Under the pieces are notes generated by a model that saw only the letters and a program-made list of their open reading frames with translations, ran no database searches and was not told the DNA's origin. Below are positions 14,321 through 26,873 of a stretch of 64,000 nt of DNA, piece by piece. This DNA is from Chrysomallon squamiferum (taxonomy: Eukaryota; Animalia; Mollusca), in assembly GCA_012295275.1 (NCBI GenBank), contig CM022670.1, forward strand, positions 19,902,001 through 19,966,000, read 5' to 3'. Position numbers and translations under genes: made by a program. The stretch's first letter is position 1, and every line of letters starts with the position of its first letter.

Positions 14321-15429
14321 AATACAGACCAGATGAAAAATGAATTCATATGAAATTTATAATTTTTTTCTTTGTTTACGAACAATAATTGAGAAATAAG
14401 CAGTTTGCAATGAAACTGATCTTGAGGTGGTTTTGTTTATTTAATTATTTTATGCAATGTTTAGCTGAAATCATTTCTGTCTTTAGACTTGACTTTTATT
14501 TACTGTTTCAACAAAACATCTGAATAAAGTATTTTTTAAAAACAAGAAAGAAAGATTAGAGAACTGAAACAAAGAAAAAATAAATAAGAAAGAAGCAAGA
14601 AAATAAACAAAGAAGATAAATACACAATAAAGAAGAAAGAAAACTAAACACAGAATGAATAAATGAATTAATGAATGGAACATTAAGAAACTGGGATGAA
14701 AATTACGGAGGAAGGAATAAACAGAAAAAAAAAATAATCCTTCATAACTAATTGTATTTGCATGCATGGAAACTGTTTCAAAATACAAACAGGTGACCTA
14801 TCTGTGTGCAATAATTCATCAGTAACAGCCGTCTACATCCGACACTGCCAAGAAAATCACATTGATAACGTCAGGCCCGAAGACGTAAACCTTTGTTCAG
14901 TTGTACTCAGGTTCCGTGCGTTCTTATATTTAATTACATGCAAGTATGTAGAAACCCTATCCGTGCATCCATATTACGTAGTTTGTTAAGACTCCAGTCT
15001 TAGCAAAGAATTCTTCAAACAAAGACAGCTGTTAACAATAGCTTGCCTCCAAAAATACTTTGCTATAGAAAAGACAAGCTGTAGTTGGTTGATTTCCAGA
15101 ATTTATGCAAAGACAGTGTCAAATGTTAGAAGGTTACTGCAGCAGATTGTTGCATTTATGAAAGGTTTCATGTCGACTGGTGTCCTTGTACATGTTATTG
15201 AACTATAGGTGAAATATGTTTATATGTAATGAGTTTGATTTTATATACATTTTTATTTTTTGTACTTTATTAAAAACTTATAAAAGGATTGTTATGACTT
15301 ATTATAATTAAGTGACAAATAATATAGTATAAGCTGAATTAATTATGATAATGACGTCGATGACGATGATGCTGCAGTAGTATAATAGAAAAGTTGTAGT
15401 TAGCAGAAGCTGTAGTAATATATTAGCGA

Positions 15430-16068
15430 AATTCCTGACCGGACAGTTCGTAATCGCCTGAATGAGGCTACCCAATCTGTTGACTCCATATCACTTAACG
15501 GAGTTTCTGCACTGGTACCAGCAGAAGGTGAGATAGACAAATTCCAAGCAGATGGACTCTTGTTTACAGATGCTCCAAGTGGACAGTTTTCGTGGTGGCG
15601 TTCTGTGGGCAGGAATCTATCACTGGTGGCAGGTATACTGCGCATGTGGCAGATACACTGACGGGAATCAAGACAAGAGCCTTCAACATGATGTCATTCC
15701 GCACATGAATGTCACGCGGTTGAATGTCTCAGTATGACAGTGTCAGACCATATATTACACATGTTAGTCCGCAGTATCTGCAGCGCTAATACGTTCACAC
15801 GTAGCCTGTCCGTATACCGGAGTTCAATCTAGCTGAACATCTATGGCAACCAAGTGACACTTCCGTAACTTCTTTCGGCACTTCAGCATGATTATTTCCA
15901 TGTGTAGCCGTTGTCAAGCTGTCATTAGGAATAAAGTTGGACAAAATCGATATTAAAATATTCTCCATCCCTATGTTAGATATATGCCTGCATATATGTT
16001 TCAAGTGAATTCCTAGAGATTCTGTTTCAGACATGTTCAGATTAATTCCCTTCCTTTGGCGTCTTTAT
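15430..16068 (+). mobile_element. Degenerate Tc1-like transposon relic (transposase pseudogene plus probable 3' end) in GPCR-A intron 4
   Basis: Frameshifted fragments read DRTVRNRLNEA (cf. Tc1 TVRNRL), DSFRGGVLWAGIYH (cf. GGGSVMVWAGI), HVADTLTGIK, LQHDVIPHMNV, QYDSVRPY (cf. QHDNARPH) and EFNLAEHLW (cf. DLNPIEHLW), in the correct order. Confidence 0.8.
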
Positions 16069-16382
16069 CTTTGGGTGCTTGCATCATGTTTTTGTTTTTT
16101 TGTTTTTTTAAGAAAAAGTTTGAAAATCAATGTCAAGTTGTTGTTTGTTGGGTTTTGGTTGTTGTTGTTTTTTAAGTGTATAATGGTTCTATTAGTAGTA
16201 GTAATAGTAGCTGTTGATGTAGCAGTTATAATAATAGTAGTAGCTGTAGTTGTAGTAATAATAATAATAGTTGTAGTTGTAATAGTAGTAGTTCTAATAG
16301 TTTGAAGTAGTAGTTGTACTAGCTGTTATTGTTGTTACAATTGCAATCATTCTAATTACTAAACTATTTTTCAATTGCACAG

Positions 16383-16512
16383 ACCTAGCTACTGTCAAGA
16401 AACTGGTTTACTTCATACACCAACCAGGTTCAGACAGGACCGAGTATTGCCTGGAACTCTGACTGTACGTAGGAAAAGAATTTCTACGGATGAAGACGCC
16501 ACCAGAAAGCAG
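16383..16512 (+). CDS. GPCR-A exon 5: ICL3
   Basis: tttttcaattgcacag| … CAG|gtttgt. 130 nt, phase 2 to 0, reading (R)PSYCQETGLLHTPTRFRQDRVLPGTLTVRRKRISTDEDATRKQ. It bridges exons 4 and 6 in frame. Confidence 0.85.
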
Positions 16513-16753
16513 GTTTGTCTATGCATTACATAACTAACACACACACACATACACATTGTGTGTATGTACACATAGAGATCAAGTATATATAAGCTGCACA
16601 TAAACACATACATACAAAAATGAACGATGCATGCAGTCAACAAACGAATATCTTCATCAACATCATCATAATCACATTTTGAAAATGTTTGTGGTAGAGA
16701 TATTTCCTTAGTGTGACCACTCAAAATCATCGTTTTTATCTTCTTCAACATCA

Positions 16754-16790
<37 letters not shown>

Positions 16791-16800
16791 CTACTTACAG

Positions 16801-17286
16801 GTTATAAAGATGCTGGTTGCAGTGGTAGTATTATTCACTCTATGCTGGGGACCAATTATGACCAACAATCTCCTCGTTGCCTTTGGTGTTATTGACGAAC
16901 TTCACTTGGGACCTCTAAAACCAATGAGGCAAGCTTTCTGGCTTATGGCGTACTTCAACAGCTGCGTGAACCCAATCGTATACGGCTTCATGTCCAAGAA
17001 CTTCAGAGATACTTTCCGATACACCATAGGCATCTGCTGCCAACGACAGTTTGCCAGACGAATGTCGTACTTTCAACAAGTCCATGGAACACGAAGTTCC
17101 ATCCTTTTGCCATCAGGTACCGCTTCAACGAGTGTCAGGCGTGCCTCTCAATTCACTGATTACGAGCGATTCTTCTGCTCACATCAGATGAAAAACTGTT
17201 CCATGTCAACTGAAATGAACGTGTTAAAAAGACTGGACGCTAATTCGGCACAGGAAGTGCATAACGGGATATCGAATGACACTTAA
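16801..17286 (+). CDS. GPCR-A exon 6: TM6-TM7-helix 8-C-tail
   Basis: ctacttacag|VIKMLVAVVVLFTLCWGP…NSCVNPIVYGFMSKNFRDTF…SNDT*. Contains CWxP and NPxxY motifs and the CC palmitoylation-type pair; ends TAA followed by TGA. Confidence 0.95.
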   Translation, partial: VIKMLVAVVVLFTLCWGPIMTNNLLVAFGVIDELHLGPLKPMRQAFWLMAYFNSCVNPIVYGFMSKNFRDTFRYTIGICCQRQFARRMSYFQQVHGTRSSILLPSGTASTSVRRASQFTDYERFFCSHQMKNCSMSTEMNVLKRLDANSAQEVHNGISNDT

Positions 17287-17736
17287 TGAGTGAAGTGTTA
17301 AACAGTTATCGGTTTAGTGTCAGTCATTAAAAAGGCTCAAATGTCAAAGAAGTCGTCTGAGGCATGACGTTGACTAGTTCAATAACTATTTCAGATATGC
17401 GATCCATCATGTCTCAAAGATCCACCATAGCTTGCGGATAAAGGTTTATTACGATGTTTTCATATGTTGAAGACTAGTTGTAATTAGTATGTCAAGAAGT
17501 TTTTTTTTTTATAGACGTCATTTGAAAACCAGTTAATATTTGCAGCTGGTAGTTACTGGGAAAATCCTCGTAAACAATTTTGTTGGAGAAATCTTTTCTG
17601 AAAAAAACTTATCTATCAGGCAAGATTTTTCACGCATCAGATTTTGATCCATTATTGCAAACATTAGAAATTTACGAAATCAATATAAAATATGGTATTT
17701 TTGTTTTCACCAAAGGAAAGTTTACTGTAGACTGCA

Positions 17737-17742
17737 AATAAA
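17737..17742 (+). terminator. Candidate polyadenylation signal for GPCR-A
   Basis: AATAAA about 450 nt after the stop, followed by T/GT-rich sequence. Another AATAAA lies at 18402, and the hexamer is common in this AT-rich DNA. Confidence 0.3.
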
Positions 17743-19484
17743 GTCTTTGTATTTTATTCAACTTTATAAAAATATACATATTTAATTTCCTGTCCACGTG
17801 AAATAGTCAATACGGATAAAAAAAAAAACACCAGAATAATAATAATAAAAAAAAGGCAGCATTGCCGATTGAAAACAAAAAAAATCTTAAAATAATTGGT
17901 TATGGTCAGGATTATGATACATTATTTTATCATAATATAATTCCATTTAAAATAATTAATATCTTGAAAAACAAATACTGTTTTGTATATGCCTGACTAA
18001 TAATCATTGTAAGACTTATAATTAGGATTACTGTTTTAATCCTTCTTGGAAGCAGAGATAATATCCTGTGTCTGGTCATTTCTTTCACAGTCTTTAGGCT
18101 TGTGATGAAAACTGAGTAGCTCAAGACGAACAGTATAATGGTAAAGGTGTCGTTATTATTAAATTCTAATCCTGTTGTCACAGTCCGGATGTTGTATTTT
18201 CGTCATGCACCTTCTTCAACTTGTATCTTCGAGGTGAATATTCTTGCTATGGATATACATATGTTGTGACGTCATTGCTATTCATTATGTCAGGAATTTT
18301 AACAAAGAATAACTAAAACAGGAATGGGATTTCATTAATTTAAAAGAAAATAGAAATTACCTACATTACATGGAACTGAATCCAGAAAAATTTCCTGTCT
18401 GAATAAAATCTAATTTCCCTCCAATCTGCACGCTTTTCATCGAGATGCGATAACTGTATCAAGATTTTGTTTTATATTGTACATGTATATGATTGTAATT
18501 TATTAAAGTATTTCTTTCCTTTCAATTCAGACTTTTTTATGTATTTGTTTGTGTGCTTATTTGTTTTTATTATTATTATTATTATTATTGCTGTTGTTGT
18601 TGTAAAAACATAACTTTTTTCTTTTTCTGCAGTTTAATCAAATAATTGAGATTTTCAAATATAGCATAATTATATATTTATTTTTATGACGCATTAAGCT
18701 TTAAGTATACTGAAAAATCAAATTAACATGAAAATATCACATTACTTAGCAGAGACTGGTTTATTTGCCATACGGATATGCTGCTGTCCACGGTATTCTA
18801 ACATGATAAGGGAAATAACTGAAATTAGATATTCAAAGAAAAAGAAAAGAGCGTTAACAGCTTCTGAAAAAATGGGAGACAACAAGGGTTTGTCATATAT
18901 AGGTGTATTTACTATTCTAGGAAAAAAAGAAAAAAGTCACAATTTTTTTTATTAAAATTAAGAAATATATTAGAAATGAATGATAGATGAAACACATTTT
19001 AATGTTGGTGGTTTAGGCGGATGCTCCACCCAATACCACGAAGAAATCCTGCTACAGTCGCAAATTGCAGTCCTCAAGGCTCTCTCTGTAAATCTATTAT
19101 CACTGAACCTCGACAATTACAACTAGATGTTTTGACGCATTTCCACAACAACTTTGTTTTTCGAGTTGCATATTTGGTATACATGAACCCCTCATAACAG
19201 ATTTTATTCATGAACTAGTGAAGTTTTAACGTGCTAATCAGAGCAAGCTGTTGTGAAGCTCTTATTACTAGGTGGGAATAATTTTCCATTTTATTAACAA
19301 AACCCTTAGTTTAAATTTTGTGAGCTAGACCCAATATTTTTTCCTTTACTAAAGCCTAATCAATAATTTAAGAATTACCCGTGCATAATATGATGTAAAA
19401 CCCATACATTTTTGACTTTTTTTTCCCGAAAGTGTGATTTTGTTCCAGCCACCGATTCTTCATGTGTATGAAATTGTGTGTTAG

Positions 19485-19485
<1 letters not shown>

Positions 19486-19569
<84 letters not shown>
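19486..19569. repeat. (CT)n microsatellite between the convergent 3' ends
   Basis: Directly visible. Confidence 0.95.
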
Positions 19570-19572
<3 letters not shown>

Positions 19573-20461
19573 GACTTGTGTCTATGTATGTATGCATCTA
19601 TGTACATATTAATATATGTATCTATATATTTTTATGTATGTATGTATGTATGTATGTATGTATATATATATATATATACGTGTGTATTTGCGTGTATATG
19701 TATCTATGTACGTCTTTTTTATGTTGAATCTACCAGTATATCAACAAGCTTGAATCTGTCAATTTGGTAATTCCCACGCGTAGATTGTTAATAAAGCAAT
19801 ATGAAAAAGGATGTTGTCACAAATGAAAAAATCCAGAAAAGAAAATTTCCGCTTTTATTTTTTTTATTTTTTATTTTTTTTATGGGGGGGGGGGTGTCTG
19901 GATTTCTAATAGCCAAGGGAGATAACTCATTAGCGACATGATGTCTGCCATTAAAACTGGATTGTACAGATTCTTTCCATTCACGATTATATAAATAAGC
20001 ATCGAAACTTTTAATATAATCTAAAACAGTATTTTTATTGATGAAATAATTATATTATTAGATGTTAGTCAGTAACTGTGGTAAACTTTAATCTAATAAC
20101 TTTAATTATATTTGTTTTCTGAAATCTTAAAAAAATAAAAAAACCGGTGTGATCTGGTGACATGTCTGAGATGCCTAAGCACTTAATCCTATTAAACTGT
20201 GTCTGCAAAACAGAAAATACTGAACACGTTTATTGTATTAACATCTATAAAAATGTATTGAAATTGACTGTAAAGTACAAACTGTTAAAAAATAAATTGA
20301 TAAAGAATGACAACCAGACAATTTAATTATTATAATTCGATTTGTACTGAAATCATTATAAACACGGATAAGAGTGTTGATAAAACTAAAGATATAATAC
20401 ATTTTGCTCTTTTATTTATTGTTTTTCTATGTATGTTAATATTATCATTATAATCACGGAC

Positions 20462-20534
<73 letters not shown>

Positions 20535-21846
20535 TTATTATTATTATGATTATTAAATTTATTTATTTATTTATTTATTTAAATTGTCCGTCGCTGTACA
20601 GATTATCTTAAAAACTAAGCCTTATAATTGCGGTTTACCAGTCCAGTTACTTACTTTTTTTATGTGTTCAACCTTTTACTTTAGTTTTCAATTACTTAGT
20701 GATACTCAAGATGAAAAGTAACCGGTCAAACATTCAAATGTCATACTGTATTATATGTCACGTTGACACTTTGACAGAGTGACGAAGTTAAGACCTCTGG
20801 CTAGCTTTGACCCAGTGGTCATCTTCTCCATATTATTAGGCTCTTGAAACCGGCAATATATTGTGACGATGATCTTTGGTCCTGTGTTGTTAAACCGAAG
20901 TTGCTTTGAGTAATACATTACTTTTCTTGTGTGACGCTTCCTCTAAATTTCAATTAATAAATTAACTCTGAATTCTGTGACTGTTTGATATCAAGAAGTT
21001 AAGTTTTTGGTCTCATTGCCCTCTAGCGCACTTTCTTTGTATCGCAGGATAGCGGTCGTTTCAATATAAATAAGAAAAACTACTGCAAGATCAATATTAG
21101 ATTTATATACACCATATAGGTCCACATACAAATACACATAATCATAGACATACAGACAGATACAAGCATATATATCTATACTAATATTTAAAGCGAAAGA
21201 GTGTTATAAATACAACATTATTTTGCTAATCGATGATATGAATTGCTTCTATAGCGCAAATCACCAACGAAGAGAGAACGGCCAGTTGTTTTTGATCACT
21301 ATGATAATGGTTACTTTTAACGCAATACGCAGAAGGTCAAGATCAGAATGGCAACTGTTTTATGGAAATATCTCAGAATTTGCTAAAATTTTAACATTTT
21401 TTTCAATTTAACAACTCTTCAAACATGCTGCTTGTAAGGTGTATATTAAATCAGAACATGTTGGTACAGAGTGTTTGTTTTGGTGATAAGTATTTAAGTT
21501 TTTGTTTTTACAGTTATACAGACGGTCATTAAAAGCATAGACTCTGCAGCAACATGTTTATGCCCAGCAAAGTGTAAAAAATGTTGACACCAGGTACTAG
21601 AGAATTAGTATTAATGTAGGCACAAGTTACTAGAAACAGTATATACCCTAATGTTTAAAGTATCCACTGACACTATCTTTATACAATTCAGAAATCTCAT
21701 CTATTAACACTAAAATGAAATAGCTACTCCAGGTCTGTAATCTGTAGGGACTGCAACACATAAACCAGAGGCGGCCACAATTGTTTGATATTCTCTGTAA
21801 ATGAATCCTTTATTCGGCTTTACCACAGTTCAGTAATGAGGTATCA

Positions 21847-21915
<69 letters not shown>

Positions 21916-22519
21916 TATACTCATTCAGACATATACAATAATACAAATACACATATACACATACTTACATAGATATATCAACAAAAACAGTAGAAACCCA
22001 CTAAAAATAGATGAGATTTTTTTTTTTTTTTAATTGTTACTCATTTATTGACTTAATTTTTAAAATATTTTATGTACATGCTATTTAGTAAAAGTAGTTG
22101 CCATAATGGGCGTGGTCTAATAAATAATATTAGAATTTTATTTTGCTTCCGTTATAAACACTAAATAAACAATGCGAATTTTAAAATGTATGTACATATT
22201 ATATTAAAACCCATACCATTTTCATATTTTATTACTTTTCTCTTCTCTCCGTTAATATCTAACAGTTTAGTTGTAGATTCTATTATGCTAAACAGTCATT
22301 ATTACGTCGTTGATTCGTGTATGAAGTCAGTGATATGAATAAAATAGTTATATCATTCAGAACTTTGATTAGAAAATCAAATGTTGAGTCCATGATTTCA
22401 GGCATCATCGTTATTACGTCATTCTGAACATCAATTCACTGTTCACAATCAATGGCGTCATTATAGCGTCATACAAGACATCGTTTTACAGAAAAAGTTG
22501 ACAGAATTCAGATAACACA

Positions 22520-22912
22520 TCAGTCTGGAATCCGATTCACTTGCAGACTGGATGACGTTAAACTTGTAAGCTGTGTGTTCATTTCTGTTCTGTTTTCGTT
22601 GACATGGCTTTTGAATTTTCTCGAACGTCCTACTGCATTTTTCTCGAAGATTCTCCCGCGAGTCTTTCGTCTGAGGCATGAGAATATTACCTCCTTGAAA
22701 CTGTCCCTGAAATTTTTGGACATGAACCCGTACACGATTGGGTTGACACAGCTGTTCATATAGGACATCAGGAAAAATGCCTGCCTCATGGGTTTCAGAT
22801 AACCGATATGTAATTTCTCTATTAGTCCCACCGATACGAGAAGATTATCTATCAGAATAGGTCCCCAGCACACGATAAATAACACGACGACAAGTATTAA
22901 CATCTGGATCAC
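22520..22912 (-). CDS. GPCR-B (GPRnna14-like paralog) exon 6: TM6-TM7-C-tail
   Basis: cttttcttttcag|VIQMLILVVVLFIVCWGPILIDNLLVSVG…LKPMRQAFFLMSYMNSCVNPIVYGFMSKNFRDSF…RIPD*. Confidence 0.95.
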   Translation of the reverse strand: MIQMLILVVVLFIVCWGPILIDNLLVSVGLIEKLHIGYLKPMRQAFFLMSYMNSCVNPIVYGFMSKNFRDSFKEVIFSCLRRKTRGRIFEKNAVGRSRKFKSHVNENRTEMNTQLTSLTSSSLQVNRIPD

Positions 22913-22931
22913 CTGAAAAGAAAAGATTTTA

Positions 22932-22981
<50 letters not shown>

Positions 22982-23001
22982 TTTGTTGTTATTGATGTTG
23001 C

Positions 23002-23056
<55 letters not shown>

Positions 23057-24553
23057 TTGATCGCATTAACAACAATAACGAAAATACTAATTCAAATACT
23101 GCTAGTACTACTTCTACTACAAAAACAACAATTATTTCTACTACTATTTCTGTTGCTACTACTACTACTACTGCTACTATTACTACTATTATTTCTACTA
23201 CTACTACTGGTGCCACTACTACTGTTTATCCATATATTCGCCCTCTTTATTTTTATTATCTCTTTATCTGTCCATCAATGTCTGTCTGTGTATCATTCTC
23301 TCTGCACATCCATCCATTCATCAATGTCTGACTGTCTGTGCATACATTAACGCATATTCATCTGTATCACGTCTGTATCTGAGATGTAAAGTACTGAAAT
23401 ATTAGTTAAGTGCTCCTGATTGGTCACAATTCTGCATAAATAACTAACATCATACAAACATCAACTTGCCCTTTATGGTTATAACAATGCTGTCATTACC
23501 GATCTCCGTTCAGAAACTGCCATAGACTACATTGGCTCTATAAATAATGAAGTGGACGACCCGTCACGGCTCTAAACAATCATCTCGAGTCCTAGGCGTG
23601 TAGACCAAACGGCCATTTAGATGCCAAATTGGACAATTTGAGCAAAGTAGATTCCTTCCGAATTTTATTACCAAGCTATGATAAAGTACTTCTTATGCAC
23701 TGTGTTAGATTAGTGTATGTGAGGGCAAGCGCGCGAGTTTATATGGATGTGGAAATATGCGTGTCTGTATGCGTGTGTGTGTATGTGTGTGTGCGTGTGT
23801 GTGTGTGTGCTTGTGTGTTTTGTGGTGGAAAATATAGTCAGTTTAACAAATTATATATTCATGCAGTTATACTTGTAAATCGTTTTTTTTTTTTTATATA
23901 ATAATTATCAGTTTGTTATAAAGTTGCGCGGGTTAAATTTCGCCAGACGTTCGTGTCAAGAAACAAGATCAGATTAAAACGTTTTCGTGAACTAGTGCAT
24001 TATTAAGAAACCGGGGTATTAAAATGTCAAATCTGAATCATTTTGACGCGTTTCGTTCGCTGACGACGCCCACATCATCGTTTCAGTCTAGGTCTTTCAA
24101 CAAGTAATTTTCACACCGTCTCCGGCTACTTTCTTCTTGACAGTATCCCACTGGCTTACAAGCCACAAAAACTGTTTTAATATTGAAGATCACGTGACGT
24201 CTGGTTTAACCGATCATTGTAACTAATAGGGCTGTGTTTTTATATGAAATGGAAAGAGCTGTATTTCTTTGGTTACACTGTTAATCTAAGGATTGTAGAA
24301 ACAACCATCAAACTGATCGTTGTATTAGTCACTAGTCAAACATAATGTGTCGGTGTCATTCAACACATGACAAATTTTTGTTTTTTTTTTTTTTTTTTTT
24401 TTTTTTTTTGGTTGGGGTTTTTTGGTTGATTTCTGAGAATTCTGTTTTACTGTTAGCACAAATTGCTTATATCTTTTTTCTTCTTATTGTTTTGTTTTTA
24501 TACTGATCTTTGTTAGCACGCTCACATCATATTACTAGAATAGACAGTCAGTC

Positions 24554-24799
24554 CAGTGGCGTGCAGAGTGGGCATCCAAATAGTGTGAAGGTATCCAATC
24601 AGAGAAAAGAACTTAATAAATTTGATTGATTTATATTTAAATCGAATAAAGTGTTTATTTTAAGATTCATTTGTGAATATATATTCAAAATATCTTCCTT
24701 TCTCATAATATTTCTCAGCACTAGGCCTTATATTTGAGTCTTTGGGGCATACCATCAAGGAGTTGGCCCTTAGCATCACCAGACCTCTGCACGCCACTG
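24554..24799. mobile_element. 246-bp non-autonomous hAT-like MITE
   Basis: Perfect 15-bp terminal inverted repeats CAGTGGCGTGCAGAG (24554-24568) and CTCTGCACGCCACTG (24785-24799). Flanking 8-mers AGTCAGTC and AATTAGTC match at 6/8, consistent with a decayed 8-bp TSD. Confidence 0.8.
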
Positions 24800-25559
24800 A
24801 ATTAGTCGTGCACGATAGACTGCATTTTATTATATCCGTGAATTATGTAGGTAAAATAAAGTTCCATCACTATCCTTAAAATTTATGTATTAAAAATATA
24901 GATTATAATCTATATATATAACTGTACGCGTATATAAATAAACTTATGATCTACATACAGAATTACGCAGAAGTATTTCTCACGCGGTAGCATTCCGTGC
25001 AGAAATCATCTATCGCAAGTGAAATGCACTCTAGCTTAAGGACATCGGCTGCTATATAGATATATAATCTTGGAATTAATTTGTTTTCAACGATCGAAAA
25101 AGTCCGGTCTGAACGAGATTTCAATTCTCTTTATTGCCAATCACTGTTCGTCAAACTAAAGTCGGCAACCATCGAAGCAACACGACAGTTTTGTCTTTTG
25201 TCAGCCTCAGTAATCCGCATCGATTGTTTCCACGCAGTCTCGTTTATCGTGTTCGTTAGTTTCATTTAAAGGACAGCCTACAGAACGGACGGTTTGAAAT
25301 TCGCTTTATTTTATTCCAACGAAATGTGATCTAATAAAGGAATTCCTAACAAATGAAAGAAACAAAGAACTGATAGATAGTAAGAAGAATGAGTGAATCA
25401 ATATAAAGGATACAGCGTACTTATCAGTAATTTACGAAATTTACTGTCATTTTGCAGAAATTGAAATTTTATAGCTCAGTTCATTTCGTTTACAGAACGT
25501 AAGGAGCAAATCTGAATGCTAGCCAGAGACATGAGTGGTCGTAAGATTTTTCTATACAA

Positions 25560-25870
25560 TACTATTTTTATTTCTAGTTCCAGACAGAGACGTATTACTT
25601 TAAGGATTTTTAAAATAATTTTATTCATTTTATTTTATTTTACTTTATTACATTCTTCTTCGTAGACACAATTAATCTATGCTTTCCAGGATGTGGAAGG
25701 ATACATATTTCTAAAATTCTTTTACTGTTAATGGAAAAATATTGCACATTTCCTCTAACGACCATAAATTATGTTAGAATTACTCAATAGCCGATGATGG
25801 AAAGGCAATTATTCTACTCTAATGGTGTCATAACAAATTACATGTATATCGATCAAACTGTTTCTTTCAT
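25560..25870 (+). mobile_element. Decayed SINE copy (body and tail)
   Basis: Contains TATTTCTAGTTCCA shared with 14262, a core GATGTGGAAGGATACATAT similar to the 6447 copy, then AATGGAAAAAT…TTTCCTCT…CAATAGCCGATGA…TGGTGTC. Confidence 0.5.
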
Positions 25871-26633
25871 TTTTAATCTTGAAGCAGTAAAAAAAATAAA
25901 AATAAATAAAAACATTATGTATTAAGTTTGTACTTTAAGAAGATGAAGGAGAAATAAAACAGTATAACTGCAGGATTAAGCACTGGAACAAAAGTTTAAG
26001 AACCGTCTCAGATCTCCCAAAGCTTCTACCCCTTTAAAACTACTTTCCGTTTGTTAAAATAATGATGATGATGATAATAATAATAAAAACATTTTTCATT
26101 CATTTTCAATTTATTTTTTCATCACACAGCAAATTCAGTTAAAATATAAATATTAGTGCTACTACAACTACTGCGCCGAAGCTGCTGCTAATAATGTTCT
26201 TACTGTCAATACTAAAACTAACACTGATAACTACTGCAACTACTACTGCTACTGTACAACACATGTAATAACCTCGCCACTGTTGCCAAGTTGCTTTACC
26301 GAGACACCATCACGACTACTACTGTTATTTCTTGAAGAACAATGCATTATTACTACTATTACGATTAGCACTATATCAGCTACTACTACTACTATTACTA
26401 CTATTATTAATATTACTATTTCGACTACTATTGCTACTATTACTACTACTCCTACCACCATTACTATCACTGTTACTATTAAACTAATTTACTTTTTTTA
26501 ATACTGCTACTTCCACCATAGTTACTACTACTACTTCTTCTAAATTATATACAGCTATTAGTACTTTTATAGCTACTATAGTTTATGAGTGAATTAATTT
26601 AAAATTGAACTTCTTGCAATTACAGATTGGTAC

Positions 26634-26775
26634 CTTAGTTTTGTCTTCATCCATCTTTCCCTTCTTACAACGGGTTTCTCTGTAATGTCGAGTTGTGTTT
26701 CTGAAAAGTGTCTTTATATTTCGACCCTTTACTGAATCAATCCGTGACTGCTCCTGATTTGCAGAAGTGTAACCA
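26634..26775 (-). CDS. GPCR-B exon 5: ICL3
   Basis: ttctttattttccag| … AAG|gtacca. 142 nt, phase 2 to 0, reading (N)GYTSANQEQSRIDSVKGRNIKTLFRNTTRHYRETRCKKGKMDEDKTK. It ends with a DED motif like GPCR-A exon 5. Confidence 0.82.
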
Positions 26776-26824
26776 CTGGAAAATAAAGAAAATGTCAATG
26801 GACAAAATATATTTGTGAGTGTCT

Positions 26825-26873
<49 letters not shown>

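Noticed and set aside
14745-14935. Possible second Tc1-type terminal fragment
   Set aside because: Only a vague resemblance; no partner TIR or coding motif could be shown.
26660-26672. Cryptic GTAAGA donor inside GPCR-B exon 5
   Set aside because: The exonic context is poor (TT|GT) and it is out of frame with exon 6; there is no supporting evidence.
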